Part shown: one piece after another, positions 9,689-19,690 of the stretch
Position numbering within the stretch: position 1 is the stretch's first letter
Layout of the letters: each line of letters starts with the position of its first letter
DNA from: Alphaproteobacteria bacterium
GTDB lineage: Bacteria; Pseudomonadota; Alphaproteobacteria; Bin95
Length of the DNA stretch: 64,000 nucleotides
Assembly: GCA_964291285.2 (NCBI GenBank)
Contig: OZ219785.1
Coordinates: forward strand, 352,001 to 416,000
Direction: 5' to 3'
Program-made: the position numbers and the translations under genes
The notes under the pieces: model-generated
Databases searched by the model: none
Told to the model about the DNA's origin: nothing
The model's input: only the letters and a program-made list of their open reading frames with translations

Positions 9689-9910
9689 ATGTCCGAGCGG
9701 ACCCTGTCCATCGAATACTGCGTGGCTTGAAACTACTAGCCGCGCGCCCTCCGTGCGAGGGACATACTGCAGGCGAACACCGGCCTTGCCGTGGAACTGG
9801 TCAAGGGCGGGGGCGGCGTCTTCGAAATCCGGCGGGACGGCGCGACGCTGTTCTCCAAGAAGGCGACGGGGCGCTTCCCCACCGACGAGGAATTGCACGC
9901 GCTGCAATAG
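9689..9910 (+). CDS. SelT/SelW/SelH (Rdx family) selenoprotein, CxxU, with an extra in-frame TAG (recoded or pseudogene)
   Basis: AGGAGG RBS; MSERTLSIEYCVA(TGA)NY(TAG)PRALRARDILQANTGLAVELVKGGGGVFEIRRDGATLFSKKATGRFPTDEELHALQ. Confidence 0.85.
9747..9761 (+). promoter_or_regulatory. Candidate bacterial SECIS hairpin
   Basis: CCCTC-CGTGC-GAGGG; apical loop with GU starts 22 nt after the UGA. Confidence 0.5.
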
Positions 9911-9915
9911 CCCGC

Positions 9916-11334
9916 ATGCGCCGCCCGACATTTCCCGCATGGCTTCTGGCGGCGCTGCTGCTGGCCGCCCAGCCGGCGCATGCCCATGAACCGCGCGCGA
10001 CCGTCCCGGGTTCCGCGGAACAGCTGCGGCTCTCCTTCGCTCCAGTGGTGCGCGCCGTCCGGCCTGCGGTGGTCAACATCTTCACGACCGGGCGCAGGGT
10101 CGAGCGCCGGTCGCCCTTTTCCGGCTTTCCCTTCCTCGACGACCCCTTCTTCCACCGCTTCTTCGATTTCGGCGACCGGCGGCGGCAGCGGGCGCAGAAT
10201 TCGCTCGGCTCCGGCGTGGTCGTCGGCGCGGACGGGCTGATCGTGACCAACCACCACGTCATCGAGAATGCCGGCGCAATCAAGGTCGTGCTCGCCGACC
10301 GGCGCGAGTTTCCGGCAAAGGTCGTGGCTTCCGACGAACGCAGCGACCTCGCCCTCCTCCGGGCCGGGCTCGACGGCGCAACGCTCCGGCCGGCGGTACT
10401 CGGAGACTCGGACGGCCTCGAAGTCGGCGACCTCGTGCTGGCGATCGGCAATCCCTTCGGCGTCGGCCAGACGGTGACCTCCGGCATCGTCTCGGCGCTG
10501 GCGCGCACCGGCCCCTCGGCGCGCGGCCCCGGCTATTTCATCCAGACGGACGCCGCCATCAATCCCGGCAATTCGGGCGGCGCCCTGGTCAATCTGGCCG
10601 GCGAGGTCATCGGCGTGAACACGGCGATCTTCTCCCGCAGCGGCGGCTCGCACGGCGTCGGCTTCGCCATCCCGTCCAACCTCGTGCGGGTCATGGTCGA
10701 GACCGCCCGGAGCGGCGGGCGCGTCGTCCGGCCCTGGCTCGGCATCGAGAGCCAGCCGGTGACGCCCGACCTCGCGGACACGCTCGGCCTTGCCCGGCCG
10801 GGCGGCCTTCTGGTCCGGGCCGTGCGCCCCGACGGGCCGTTCGCGCGCGCCGGCGGGGCGCGGGGCGACGTCATCCTGTCAATAGACGGGCACCCGGTAC
10901 TCGACAGGGCGGCGCTGCGCTTCCGCATGACCACGCTCGGGCCGGGCGGCGAGGCCGAGTTCGGGATCGTCCGGCGGGGCGAGGAGGCGGTGCTCTCCGT
11001 TCCGGTGGAGCTTCCGCCGGAAGTGCCACCGCGCGACCGCAGGCAATTGCGGGGGCCGCATCCGCTCGCCGGCGCCGAAATCGTCAACCTGTCGCCGGCG
11101 GTGATCGAGGAGTTCGCCTTCAGCGGGCCCGGCGCCGGCGTGATGATCGCGGAGGTGGCGCGCGGTTCGCCCGCCCGGCGGCACGGCTTCCGGCCGGGCG
11201 ACCTGCTCCGCAGCATCGACAGGCAGGAGCCGGAGAGCACGGCCGAGGCGGAGGCCATTTTGCGGGCTGGCGAGCGTCCGTGGCGCATTTCGATCTGGCG
11301 CGGCGGGCGTTCGCTGACGACAATCTTCCGATGA
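9916..11334 (+). CDS. DegP/DegQ (Do family) periplasmic serine protease
   Basis: Signal peptide, VTNHHV, IQTDAAINPGNSGG, two PDZ regions. Confidence 0.93.
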   Translation: MRRPTFPAWLLAALLLAAQPAHAHEPRATVPGSAEQLRLSFAPVVRAVRPAVVNIFTTGRRVERRSPFSGFPFLDDPFFHRFFDFGDRRRQRAQNSLGSGVVVGADGLIVTNHHVIENAGAIKVVLADRREFPAKVVASDERSDLALLRAGLDGATLRPAVLGDSDGLEVGDLVLAIGNPFGVGQTVTSGIVSALARTGPSARGPGYFIQTDAAINPGNSGGALVNLAGEVIGVNTAIFSRSGGSHGVGFAIPSNLVRVMVETARSGGRVVRPWLGIESQPVTPDLADTLGLARPGGLLVRAVRPDGPFARAGGARGDVILSIDGHPVLDRAALRFRMTTLGPGGEAEFGIVRRGEEAVLSVPVELPPEVPPRDRRQLRGPHPLAGAEIVNLSPAVIEEFAFSGPGAGVMIAEVARGSPARRHGFRPGDLLRSIDRQEPESTAEAEAILRAGERPWRISIWRGGRSLTTIFR

Positions 11335-12620
11335 CCGACTCGCTGTTCCAGGCCGCAGGGCTCGCGGACGAGGCGCCCCGCCCGCTCGCCGACCGGCTGC
11401 GTCCGGCGTCGCTGGGCGAGGTCGTCGGGCAGGACCATGTGCTCGGGCAGGACGGACCGGTGGGGCGGATGCTGGCCGCCGGCAGGCTCGCCTCGCTCGT
11501 CTTCTGGGGGCCGCCCGGCTGCGGCAAGACCACGATCGCGCGCCTGCTGGCGGGCGCCGCGAACCTGCACTTCACCGCGCTCTCGGCCGTCTTTTCGGGC
11601 GTGGCCGACCTGCGCAAGGTCTTCGCCGAGGCCGAGAGCCGGCGCGAGGCCGGCCGGGGCACCATGCTGTTCGTGGACGAGATCCACCGTTTCAACCGCG
11701 CCCAGCAGGACGGGTTCCTGCCCTGGGTCGAGAACGGCACGGTGGTGCTGGTCGGCGCGACCACGGAGAACCCGTCCTTCGAGCTGAACGCGGCGCTGCT
11801 CTCCCGCGTCCAGGTGCTGGTGCTGCGCCGGCTGGACGAGGACGGGCTGGAAACCCTGTTGCAGCGTGCGGAGGCGAGCCTGGGTGCGCCGCTGCCGCTG
11901 GATCGCGGCGCGCGCACGGCGCTCAAGGCGCTGGCGGACGGCGACGGGCGCTACCTGCTCAACCTCGCCGAGGAGGTCGCCGGCGGGCCGGTGCTCGATG
12001 CGGCCGGCCTTGCCCGCGTGGCCCAGCGCCGGGCGCCGGTTTACGACAAGGACCGCGAGGGCCACTACAATCTCATCAGCGCGCTGCACAAGTCGCTGCG
12101 CGGCTCGGACCCGGACGCCGCGCTCTACTGGCTCGCGCGGATGCTCGACGGCGGCGAGGACCCCCGCTACATCGCCCGCCGGCTGGTCCGTTTCGCTTCG
12201 GAGGATGTGGGGCTTGCGGACCCGGCGGCGCTGCCCGCCGCGCTTGCCGGCTGGGAAGCATATGAACGCCTCGGCAGCCCCGAGGGCGAGCTTACGCTGG
12301 CCCAGACGGTGCTGCATCTGGCGACGGCACCGAAGTCGAACGCCGCCTATGCCGCTTTCGGCGAGGCCATGCGCGCCGCGCGGGAGACCGGGTCGCTCAT
12401 GCCGCCGATGCACAGCCTGAACGCGCCCACCCGGCTGATGAAGGACCTGGGCTACGGCGAGGGCTATGCCTACGACCACAATGCCCCGGACGCCTTCGCC
12501 GGCGTCAACTACTTCCCGGACGGCATGGCGCGCCAGCAGTTCTATCGCCCCGAGGGCCGCGGCGCGGAGGCGGACATCGCGGAGCGTCTGGCCGCCTGGG
12601 CCCGGCGGCGGCAGGCGTGA
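11331..12620 (+). CDS. rarA: Replication-associated recombination protein A (RarA/MgsA)
   Basis: PLADRLRP, WGPPGCGKTT, VDEIHRFN, ISALHKSLRGSDPDA. Confidence 0.94.
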   Translation: MTDSLFQAAGLADEAPRPLADRLRPASLGEVVGQDHVLGQDGPVGRMLAAGRLASLVFWGPPGCGKTTIARLLAGAANLHFTALSAVFSGVADLRKVFAEAESRREAGRGTMLFVDEIHRFNRAQQDGFLPWVENGTVVLVGATTENPSFELNAALLSRVQVLVLRRLDEDGLETLLQRAEASLGAPLPLDRGARTALKALADGDGRYLLNLAEEVAGGPVLDAAGLARVAQRRAPVYDKDREGHYNLISALHKSLRGSDPDAALYWLARMLDGGEDPRYIARRLVRFASEDVGLADPAALPAALAGWEAYERLGSPEGELTLAQTVLHLATAPKSNAAYAAFGEAMRAARETGSLMPPMHSLNAPTRLMKDLGYGEGYAYDHNAPDAFAGVNYFPDGMARQQFYRPEGRGAEADIAERLAAWARRRQA

Positions 12621-12994
12621 GCCTCTGGCTGGCGGTCGCCGCCGGCGGGGCGCTGGGGGCGCTCGCGCGCTGGCTCATGGTGGTGCAGGTGACGCGGCTG
12701 CTCGGCGCCGGCTTCCCGGCAGGCACGATGGTCGTCAACGTGCTGGGCTCGCTGGCGATGGGGCTGGTTGCCGCCCTGCTGGCGCAGGGGCTCTCGCTCT
12801 CGGCCGAACTCCGGACCTTCCTCACCGTCGGCTTCCTCGGCGGCTTCACCACCTTCTCCGCCTATTCGCTGGATGCCGTAGGGCTGGCGGAGCGGGGCGA
12901 ATGGGCGGGGGCCGCGTTCTACACCGCGGGCTCGGTCGCGCTCGGCGTACTGGCATTCCTCGCCGGCGCCCGCCTCGCGCGCGTCCTGCTGTGA
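12617..12994 (+). CDS. crcB: Fluoride efflux channel CrcB/FluC
   Basis: GGALGALAR, GTMVVNVLGS, GFLGGFTTFS. Confidence 0.93.
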   Translation: MSLWLAVAAGGALGALARWLMVVQVTRLLGAGFPAGTMVVNVLGSLAMGLVAALLAQGLSLSAELRTFLTVGFLGGFTTFSAYSLDAVGLAERGEWAGAAFYTAGSVALGVLAFLAGARLARVLL

Positions 12995-13953
12995 CAGGCG
13001 TCCGGCTGGAAGAGGTTGCCGCGGACGAAGCCGGCCTGCGGCTGGACCGCTGGGTCGCGCGCCGGCGGCCGGACCTGCCGCAGGGCCGGTTGCAGAAGCT
13101 CCTGCGTACGGGGCAGGTGCGCGTGGACGGGCGGCGCGCCCGCGCCGGCGACCGGCTGGAGGCGGGCGCCGTGGTGCGCCTGCCGCCGTTCGGCCCGCCG
13201 CCGGAGCCCCGGCCGGCGCCGCTGCCCGGCAGGCTGGTGGAGGAAGTGCGCGGCTGGGTGCTGCATCTCGATGAGGCGGTGATCGCGCTCGACAAGCCCG
13301 CCGGCCTCGCCGTTCAGGGCGGCAAGGGCACGGTGCGCCATCTGGATGGCATGCTGGAGGCGCTGCGCTTCGATGCGCCCGAACGCCCGCGTCTCGTCCA
13401 CCGGCTCGACAAGGACACGAGCGGCGTGCTGCTGCTGGCGCGGAGCGCAGCCGATGCGGCGCGGCTGACGGCGGCCTTCCGGGCACGGGAGGCCGAGAAG
13501 CTCTACTGGGCGGTGACCGCCGGCGCGCCGGAGCCGCCTGCCGGGCGCATCGCGCTGCCGCTGGCGAAGCGCGGACGGCCGGGCGGCGAGCGGGTTTCCG
13601 TCGATGATGACGGCAAGCGCGCCGTCACCGACTACGAGACCCTCGCCCGCGCGGGCAAGCGCGCCGCCCGTCTGGCGCTCCGCCCGCAGACCGGGCGCAC
13701 GCACCAGCTCCGCGCGCATCTGGCCGCAATCGGCTGCCCGATCCTGGGCGACGGCAAATATGGCGGCAGAGCGGCCTTCCTGGAGGGCATCGGCCTTGAG
13801 CCGCGCCTGCACCTGCACGCCCGCGCCATCGCGCTGGACCATCCTCGCGGCCGGGGCCGGCTGGAAGTCGAGGCCCCGGCCCCGCGCCTGCTGCGAACCG
13901 CCTTCCGCCTGCTGGGTCTGGAGGTTCAGGGAGATGCCAGCTCCCCGCGGTAA
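12991..13953 (+). CDS. RluA/RluC family pseudouridine synthase
   Basis: S4 domain, DKPAGLAVQGG, VHRLDKDTSG, TGRTHQLR. Confidence 0.92.
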   Translation: MTGVRLEEVAADEAGLRLDRWVARRRPDLPQGRLQKLLRTGQVRVDGRRARAGDRLEAGAVVRLPPFGPPPEPRPAPLPGRLVEEVRGWVLHLDEAVIALDKPAGLAVQGGKGTVRHLDGMLEALRFDAPERPRLVHRLDKDTSGVLLLARSAADAARLTAAFRAREAEKLYWAVTAGAPEPPAGRIALPLAKRGRPGGERVSVDDDGKRAVTDYETLARAGKRAARLALRPQTGRTHQLRAHLAAIGCPILGDGKYGGRAAFLEGIGLEPRLHLHARAIALDHPRGRGRLEVEAPAPRLLRTAFRLLGLEVQGDASSPR

Positions 13954-15325
13954 AGCGCCTCGGTCGCTTCGTCGAAGCAGGTGAAGACGATGCGCGAGAA
14001 GCCCGCGCCGTGGGCGCGCGCGGCGGTAACCGCGATGCCGGCCGCGCGGTCCGGCGGGAAGCCGTAAACGCCGGTTGAGATGGCGGGGAAGGCGATGGAG
14101 CCCAGGCCGTGCTCCCGCGCGAGCGCGAAGCTGTTGCGGTAGCCCGACTTCCGCAACTCGGCTTGAGAATCGACTGATTTGACGGTTTTCCGGCGCGAGA
14201 AGTGTCGGATTTCGGTGCAGTACCTCTCGGGACCGGCTTGTAGTGCCGACCTACCCCCTTGATCGGGCTGGCGAAGATCCGGACGCTGCGCTGATGTTCG
14301 TGCGCTGCAAGAGACGCTTCAAGGACGGCAAGGAGCACCGCTACTGGAGCGTTGTGGAGAACGTCCGGGTCCACGGCGGTCGGGTTGTTCAGCGTCAGGT
14401 GCTCTATCTCGGGGAGATCAACGACAGCCAGCGAGCGGCGTGGTGCCGCTCGATCGAGGTGGTGGAGGGCAAGTCGCGATCACGGCAGATGGCGCTGTTT
14501 CCCGAGGACCGGGAGGCGCCGGCGCTGACTTGCGAAGTGGTGAAGATCGACCTCTCGCAGGTGGCGCTTCACGACCCGCGCCAGTGGGGGGCGTGCTGGC
14601 TGGCGCTGTCCTTGTGGGACCGCCTGGACCTGGACCGCTTCTGGGAAGAGCGGCTGCCGGCGAGCCGGCAAGGCACGCGGTGGCTGGACATCCTGAAGAT
14701 CCAGGTCTGCTACCGGCTGATCGACCCGGGCAGCGAGTGGCGCCTTCACCGTCACTGGTATGAGCACAGCGCGCTTCGCGATCTTCTGGGTGGCGAGCGG
14801 GCGATCGCCGACGACACACTCTATCGCTGTCTCGACAAGCTGCTGGCGCACAAGCAGGGCTTCTTCTCGTTTCTGCGCGACCGCTGGGCGACGCTGTTCG
14901 AGGCGCGCTTCGACGTGCTGCTCTACGACCTGACCTCGACCTACTTCGAGAGCGATCCGCCGTTCGATGACAAGCGCCGCTTCGGCTACAGCCGGGACAA
15001 GCGGCCCGACTGCGTGCAGGTGGTGATCGCCCTGATCGTTACGCCGCAGGGCTTTCCGCTGGCCTATGAGGTGATGCCGGGCAACACCTCCGACGACACC
15101 ACGCTGGCGGCGTTCCTCAAGAAGATCGAGGATCAGTATGGCCGCTCCGAGCGGGTGTGGATCATGGACCGCGGCATCCCCACCGAGGAGACGCTGGCCG
15201 CGATGCGCGAGGGCGAGGCGCCGGTGCGCTACCTGGTGGGCACGCCCAAGGGCCGGCTGACGCGGCTCGAGAAGGTGTTCCTGGGCCTGCCCTGGCAGGA
15301 GGTGCGCCAGTCCGTGACTGTCAAG

Positions 15326-17232
15326 CCCAACTTGAACAGTCGGTGTCGATTTTTGCCGGGCGCGGTTTCGCCAAGTTGTTGAAATGATTGGATAGTGAGG
15401 TGATGATTGGCGCGGGTTGAGAAAAATGTAGTGAAACATTTTTGCTGATTTGGCCTTGTTTTCTTGATTGGTCGATATCGAAGACATACAACGCGGTCAT
15501 GTTCGTGCGCGAAACGACCGCCCGGGGCCACCGCTATCTCTACCTCGTGGAGAGCGTGCGCGAGGGCAAGCGGGTGCGCCAGCGCACGATCCGCGCGCTC
15601 GGCCGCAAGGACGTGTTGCAGGCGAGCGGGGAGCTGGACCGTCTGATCGCGTCCCTGGCGCGCCATTCGGAGCGGTCCGTGGTGCTGGAGGACATGGAGG
15701 CGGGCGCGCTGGCCTGCGTGCGGGTCGGCGGTCCGCTGCTGTTCGGTCGGCTGTGGGATCGGCTGGGCGTGGGCGCTGTCGTGAAGGAGCTTCTGGACGG
15801 TCGCGGCTTCGGGTTCGCCGTCGAGCGGGCGGTGTTTGTGAGCGTTCTGCACCGTCTGTTCGTGTCGGGTTCGGACCGGTCCTGCGAGAAGTGGATGGCC
15901 GACTACGCGATCGAGGGGATCGAGGGGTTGCGGCTTCATCAGCTGTATCGGGCGATGGCCTGGCTCGGGGAGGAGCTGGAGGCGCCGGCGGAAGGCGCGC
16001 TTGCGCCGCGCTGCGTGAAGGACGGGATCGAGGAGCGTCTGTTCGAGCACAGGCGGGACCTGTTCACCGACCTGTCTGTGGTGTTCATGGACACCACGAC
16101 GCTGTCGTTCCACGGCGCGGGCGGCGAGACGCTGGGCGCGCACGGCTACTCGAAGGACCATCGCCCGGACTTGCGCCAGATGGTTCTGGCGGTGGTGCTG
16201 GACGGCGAGGGCCGGCCTGTGTGCACGGAGATGCTGCCGGGCAACACGGCCGACACCAGGGTGCTGCTGCCGATCGTGGACCGTCTTCGGTCACGCTTCG
16301 GGATCGGTCGTGTGTGCGTGGTGGCGGACCGGGGGATGATCTCGGCGGCGACGATAGCGGCGCTGGAAGAGCGGGGGCTGGACTACATCCTGGGCGCGCG
16401 CGAGCGGCGCACGAAGGTGGTCCGCGAGGTGGTGCTGAAGGACACGAAGCCCTTTGTGCCGCTGCTCCTCAAGCGTCCGCGCGGCGAGACGCAGCTGTTC
16501 GTGAAGGAAGTCACGGTGGGCGGCGCGCGCTACATCGTGTGCCGCAACGAGGCGGAGGCACAGAAGGACCGCGCCGACCGGCAGGCCGTGGTGGACGGCC
16601 TCCAGCGCCGCCTTGCGGACGGCGAGAAAGCGCTGATCGGCAACAGCGCCTACCGGCGTTATCTGCGCCGCACGGGCGCGGGCAAGGCGTTCGAGATCGA
16701 CGCCGGCAAGCTCGCCGAGGAGGCCGGCTTCGACGGCATCTTCGTGCTGCGCACCAACGCCGGCATGACGCCGCTCAATGCCGTGCTCCGCTACCGGGAG
16801 CTGCTCACGGTGGAAGACCTGTTCCGCCGGGCGAAGGCCCAGTTGCGCACCCGCCCGATCTACCACTCCTGCGACGCCGCGATCCGCGGCCACGTCTTCT
16901 GCTCCTTCCTCGCGCTCGTCCTCCAGAAGGAACTGGCCGACCGCTGCGCCGCCGCCAACGTCAACGTCGAATGGGACGACCTGATCCGCGATCTCGACCG
17001 CCTGCAAGAGGCCACCATCGAGAAGGACGGCAAGCGCATCACCACCCGCACCCATGTCGAGGGCCAGGTCGGAAAGGTCTTCCAGGCCGTCGGCATCGCG
17101 CTGCCGCCGAACTGGCGCGAACACAAAGCCTGACCGTCCCCAAAATCAACGAAATGTAGTGGGTACACCCGGCGATGCCGGTGTAACTCCCTGTTCTATC
17201 GAATACTTTTAATCGTCACTGTTGAAGTTGGG
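15326..17232 (+). mobile_element. IS1634-family element (inner, intact)
   Basis: TIRs CCCAACTTGAACAGT / ACTGTTGAAGTTGGG; 5-bp duplication TCAAG. Confidence 0.92.
15499..17133 (+). CDS. IS1634-family DDE transposase (544 aa)
   Basis: YLYLVESVREG, FMDTT, GYSKDHRPD, VADRGM, VEDLFR, RPIYH. Confidence 0.92.
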   Translation: MFVRETTARGHRYLYLVESVREGKRVRQRTIRALGRKDVLQASGELDRLIASLARHSERSVVLEDMEAGALACVRVGGPLLFGRLWDRLGVGAVVKELLDGRGFGFAVERAVFVSVLHRLFVSGSDRSCEKWMADYAIEGIEGLRLHQLYRAMAWLGEELEAPAEGALAPRCVKDGIEERLFEHRRDLFTDLSVVFMDTTTLSFHGAGGETLGAHGYSKDHRPDLRQMVLAVVLDGEGRPVCTEMLPGNTADTRVLLPIVDRLRSRFGIGRVCVVADRGMISAATIAALEERGLDYILGARERRTKVVREVVLKDTKPFVPLLLKRPRGETQLFVKEVTVGGARYIVCRNEAEAQKDRADRQAVVDGLQRRLADGEKALIGNSAYRRYLRRTGAGKAFEIDAGKLAEEAGFDGIFVLRTNAGMTPLNAVLRYRELLTVEDLFRRAKAQLRTRPIYHSCDAAIRGHVFCSFLALVLQKELADRCAAANVNVEWDDLIRDLDRLQEATIEKDGKRITTRTHVEGQVGKVFQAVGIALPPNWREHKA

Positions 17233-18343
17233 TCAAGCTTCTGGTCGAGGATGGCGAGCTCTACGTCCTGGTGCGCAGCGAGGGGCGGCAGGTGAAGGAA
17301 CGCGGCATGCGCCGGCGCCGGCTGAAGAGGCTGTGGCGTCGATTGGCCGAGTTGCAAGGGCAGTCGAACAGCCGGGATCAGTTGTTGCTCAAGCTCGGCG
17401 CCGCCAGGAAGGAGGCCGGCCGGGCCTGGAGCCTGGTCGACATCACCGTGCCCGGGACCGACAGCGAACTCGCCGCCAACGGCTTCTCATTCCGCCTGCA
17501 GCGCGACCGGCTGCGCCAGGTCCGCCGCCGCGAGGGCCGTTACCTGCTGCGATCCAACATGGTCGCCGAAGACCCCGCCACGCTGTGGCATCTGTACATG
17601 CAGCTCGTCGAGATCGAGCAGGCGTTCAAGGAACTCAAGCACGACCTCGCGATCCGCCCCATCTTCCATCAGCGCCAAGAGCGCATCGAGGCGCATATCT
17701 TCGTCTCGTTCATCGCCTACTGCCTGCTGGTGACCCTGAAGAACCTCGCCCGGCCGCGCGCCCCGGGCCTCACCCCACGCGCCATCCTTGAGGCCTTCGC
17801 CACCATCCAGATGGTGGACGTCCATCTGCCAACCACCGACGGCCGGCACCTCGTCCTGCCGCGCCACACCCGGCCGAACAAGGAGCACGAGCTACTGCTG
17901 CAACAGCTCGGCATGACCTGGCCGCAGCAACCCGCACCCCGGATCTCCGCCTGACGGCACACGGCGCCGCCTCTCCGTTCGCCGCCTTGTAGTGCCGACC
18001 CTCGGGGAGACGATCAAGGCTATTCAATGAGTTAGCATCCTCATGACCCCCGAGTTGCGGAAGTCGGGGTAGCAGGCGGCAAGCAGCGCATCCTCATCTC
18101 CCGCGCCGCGCCAGACCGGCCCGACGGTGTGGATGACATGGCGCGCCGGCAGCCGGTAGCCGGCGGTGATGCGGGCCTCGCCGGTCGGGCAGCCGCCGAG
18201 CGTGCGGCATTCGGCCAGCAGCTCGGGACCGGCCGCGCGGTGGATGGCCCCGTCCACGCCGCCGCCGCCGAGCAGCGCCTCGTTGGCGGCATTGACGATG
18301 GCGTCCACCTCGAGTGTCGTGATGTCGCCCCGGAACAGTTCGA

Positions 18344-19690
18344 TCATGGCCGGGCCTCCCCTTGTTGCTGCCTTCTCCAGAGCGGGCGCAGCAGCAGCAG
18401 GCCCGGCAGGCAGGCGAGCGCCGTCAGCGCGAAAAAGGCGTTCCAGTCCCCGTCCAGGCTGTCCACGATCCAGCCCGAGGGCGCCGACAGCGCGATCCGG
18501 GCCGATGCCATGAGCGAGGAGAGCAGCGCGAACTGCATCATCGTGTAGGAGATGTTGCAGAGGCTCATGAGATAGGCAAGGAAGGCCGTGGTGCCGAGAC
18601 CGGCGGTGAAGCCTTCCAGCGCGGCCACGCCGGCGAGCCACACGATGTCGCTGCCGGCCTCGTTGAGCGGGATGAAGGCGAGGTTCGAAAGCGCCTGCAG
18701 GATGCCCGCCGCAAGCAGGCCCGGCAGCAGGCCCGCCGCATGGACCAGCATGCCGCCGGCGAAGATGCCCGCGAGCGAAGCGATGAAGCCGCCGGTCTTG
18801 ACCGCCCCCGCGATCTCCGGCTTCGAGAAGCCGAGCTCGACATAGAACGGGATCGCCATGGCGCCGAGCGCGGCGTCGCCGAGTTTGTAGAGCAGGATGA
18901 AGGCCAGCACGGCGCCCCATCCGGGCCGGGCGGCGAACTCAGCGAGCGGGGCGATGACACCGCTTGCGAAGCGCGCGGCAACGGCCCCGCCCCAGGCCGC
19001 TGCCCTGCCGGCGAGCCGGCGCGCTCGCGCGTCGGCCTCCGGGTCCGAGGCGCGGGCCGGCTCGGGCGCAAGCAGCGTGACCGTGACGCCGACGAGGAGC
19101 AGCGCGGCCATGACGGCGTGCGCGCCCGCCCAGCCTAGCGCCTCCGCAAGCAGGAGGCCGCCGGCCGCCGAGACATACATGCCGATGCGGAACCCCTGGA
19201 CGAAGAAGGCCGCGCCGGGGCCGTACTGGCCCTCGTCCAGTATCTCGATGCGGTAGGCGTCGATGACGACGTCCTGGCTCGCCGACGCGAACGCCACCAG
19301 GCAGCCGAGCAGGGCGACCGCCGCGAGGTCGGCGGCCGGATCGGCAAGCCCGAGGCCCACGATCGCCGCCATACAGGTGAAATGGGTCGCCAGCATCCAG
19401 CCCCGGCGCCGGCCGAAGCGGCGCGTCAGCCAAGGCAGCCGGAGGCGGTCGATAACCGGCGCCCACAGGAATTTCAGCCCGTAGATCGCCGTGACGAGCG
19501 AGAACAGGCCGATGCTGGTCAGGTCCACGCCCGACTCGTAGAGCCGCGCGCTCATCACATCGACGGTCAGCATCAGCGGCAGCCCGCTGGAGAAGCCGAG
19601 CGCCAGCATCATGGCGACGCGCCGGCTCCGGAACGCCGCCGCCGCCCGGCGCAGCCGGCCGCGCTGCGATTCGGGTACCGCCGCCGTCAC
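18344..19690 (-). CDS. ampG: AmpG family muropeptide MFS transporter
   Basis: [42 protein letters not shown]. Confidence 0.88.
   Translation of the reverse strand: MTAAVPESQRGRLRRAAAAFRSRRVAMMLALGFSSGLPLMLTVDVMSARLYESGVDLTSIGLFSLVTAIYGLKFLWAPVIDRLRLPWLTRRFGRRRGWMLATHFTCMAAIVGLGLADPAADLAAVALLGCLVAFASASQDVVIDAYRIEILDEGQYGPGAAFFVQGFRIGMYVSAAGGLLLAEALGWAGAHAVMAALLLVGVTVTLLAPEPARASDPEADARARRLAGRAAAWGGAVAARFASGVIAPLAEFAARPGWGAVLAFILLYKLGDAALGAMAIPFYVELGFSKPEIAGAVKTGGFIASLAGIFAGGMLVHAAGLLPGLLAAGILQALSNLAFIPLNEAGSDIVWLAGVAALEGFTAGLGTTAFLAYLMSLCNISYTMMQFALLSSLMASARIALSAPSGWIVDSLDGDWNAFFALTALACLPGLLLLRPLWRRQQQGEARP

Larger units (their letters stand above)
14144..18067 (+). mobile_element. IS1634-family element (outer); transposase 14294-15325 + 17238-17954 interrupted
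   Basis: TIRs CCGACTTCCGCAACTCG / CGAGTTGCGGAAGTCGG; target duplication GGTAGC (or GTAG if ends are CCC/GGG); LYDLTSTYFE, IMDRG, IEQAFKELK. Confidence 0.92.
13926..18347 (-). pseudogene. Macrodomain O-acetyl-ADP-ribose deacetylase (YmdB-like) split by nested IS1634
   Basis: 5' part 18347-18068 ([22 protein letters not shown]) and 3' part 14137-13926 (SIAFPAISTGVYGFP) rejoin in frame as ...LAACYRNSF..., 163 aa. Confidence 0.93.

Noticed and set aside
9737-9739. Genome-wide TAG reassignment
   Set aside because: TAG terminates conserved genes such as fsa and rho at the expected positions
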